NCBI GenBank assembly: GCA_903835065.1
Contig: CAILLO010000077.1
Coordinates: forward strand, 127,149 to 191,148
Reading direction: 5' to 3'
DNA: 64,000 nucleotides
Source: an uncultured Eubacteriales bacterium
Lineage (GTDB): Bacteria > Bacillota > Clostridia > Saccharofermentanales > UBA5734
Below the pieces are notes generated by a model. The model worked only from the letters and a program-made list of their open reading frames with translations, ran no database searches and was not told where the DNA came from. Below are positions 62,858 to 64,000 of this stretch, in pieces. Positions within the stretch are counted from its first letter, which is position 1; the number at the start of each line of letters is the position of its first letter. A program made the position numbers and the translations under genes.

Positions 62858-63969
62858 AGGAGCTCCCTCCGGCGCCGGGCCTTCTTATCCTCGACGGCGA
62901 GGCGCACGAGTCGCGTCACCAGCTTGTCGAGCGGGAGGCCGGTCGCCTCCCAGGCCTTCGGGAAGACGCTGATCGCCGTGAAGCCGGGCAGCGTGTTGAT
63001 CTCGTTCAGGAAGACCTTGCCGGTCGTCGGGTCGAGGAAGAAGTCGACGCGGGAGAGGCCGGCGCAGCCCAGGGCCTTGTAGGCCCGGACGGCGAGGCGG
63101 CGGATGCGGGTCGAGACCTCCTCCGGCAGGGGGGCGGGGATCAGGACCTCGGCGTCGTCCGAATGGAAGTACTTCGCCTCGTAGTCGTAGTAGTCGACCC
63201 CGGCGGCGGTCCGGACCTCGCCGAGCACGGCCGCCTTCGGACGTTCGTTGCCGAGCACGGCGCATTCGATCTCGCGGCAGCGGAGGTACTCCTCGACCAC
63301 GACGGTCCGGTCGTACTCGCTGACGTCCTTCAGGGCCTTCGCGAGGGCGGGCAGGTCGTCGGCGCGCATCGTGCCGACGGAAGAGCCGCCGTTCGAGGGC
63401 TTGAGGAAGCAGGGCAGCCCGACCTTGCCGGCGACCCGGAGGGCGGTCCTGTCCGCGTCGCGGTGGATCTCGGCGCGGGTCGCCCAGGTGTAGCGGCACT
63501 GCGGGATACGGGCCTCGTGGAAGAGGCGCTTCGCGAAGAGCTTGTCCATGCATGCGGCCGAGGCGAAGACGCCGCAGCCGACGTAGGGGATGCCCGTCAG
63601 TTCGAGATATCCCTGGAGGGTGCCGTCCTCGCAGTTGATGCCGTGTACGGCCGGGAAGACCGCGTCGACGTCGCAGCCGGCCACGGAGCGCAGGAAATCG
63701 CCGGGACGGACGCCCAGCGGGCCGCCATGCAGCAGCGAGGGATATCCGTACTCGACCAGGCCCTGCTCCCAGGTGCAGTCGCGGATCGATTCATCGGAGC
63801 CCTCGTACCGGACCCAATTCCCGGACTTGGTGATGCCGATCCGGATCGTCTCGAATCCGGCGTCGCGCAGCGCCCTCGTGATGTTGTAGGCGGACCGGCC
63901 CGACACGAGATGTTCCGTCGAGACGCCCCCGAAGAGCACCGCCACCGTCCTGACCGCCATTCCACCCAT
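62854..63969 (-). CDS. ddl: D-alanine--D-alanine ligase
   Basis: FGGVSTEH, HGINCEDG, CMDK, GSSVG, YDYEAKY, RVDFF, NEINTLPGFT..S. Confidence 0.95.
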   Translation of the reverse strand: MGGMAVRTVAVLFGGVSTEHLVSGRSAYNITRALRDAGFETIRIGITKSGNWVRYEGSDESIRDCTWEQGLVEYGYPSLLHGGPLGVRPGDFLRSVAGCDVDAVFPAVHGINCEDGTLQGYLELTGIPYVGCGVFASAACMDKLFAKRLFHEARIPQCRYTWATRAEIHRDADRTALRVAGKVGLPCFLKPSNGGSSVGTMRADDLPALAKALKDVSEYDRTVVVEEYLRCREIECAVLGNERPKAAVLGEVRTAAGVDYYDYEAKYFHSDDAEVLIPAPLPEEVSTRIRRLAVRAYKALGCAGLSRVDFFLDPTTGKVFLNEINTLPGFTAISVFPKAWEATGLPLDKLVTRLVRLAVEDKKARRRRELL

Positions 63970-64000
63970 CCTTCCCGGGCCGTTTCGCGCGGCCCGCCCG

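Noticed and set aside
62854-63969. Van-type D-Ala-D-Lac/D-Ser ligase
   Set aside because: The omega loop YDYEAKY and housekeeping context (murI, no vanHXRS) fit an ordinary Ddl.

Overview
Very GC-rich chromosomal segment of an anaerobic Bacillota (Clostridia-like) genome, judged from a GAAC-N4-GTTC SOS box, sigma-A promoters and clostridial gene order. Most of it is housekeeping: radical-SAM/rng block, melA with an AraC regulator, glgP, mltG, typA, der, rpmF, ackA-pta, tmcAL, tyrS, rpsT, rnj, rel, recJ, yqeY, rpsU, rsuA, lysS, greA, guaB, pyrG, murI, ddl. I saw no rRNA, tRNA, CRISPR array, transposase or phage gene. The best candidate for an undescribed system is at about 33.2-36.3 kb (minus strand). 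A 25-codon ORF missing from the ORF track (MKKIIGVLVALLALVLASGANWKII, 35285-35362) has a strong RBS, a structured leader, a 13-bp inverted repeat enclosing it and 20-bp-phased promoter repeats. It is followed by a multi-pass membrane HD-GYP protein and a DUF5317 membrane protein whose motifs resemble signal peptidase II. This suggests a peptide-signal / processing protease / c-di-GMP receptor module. Other notable items: a FadR-regulated DUF5692-hypB-Fe-S flavoprotein-hypA operon with no hydrogenase in the window; a CTP synthase whose glutaminase Cys is replaced by Gly; a BlaI/BlaR1-type pair with three tandem sensor repeats in place of the penicillin-binding domain; a LexA-controlled dinB plus small ORF; a divergent WYL regulator; and two +1 homopolymer frameshifts that are probably sequencing errors. 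All family assignments come from motif recognition by eye, not database searches.
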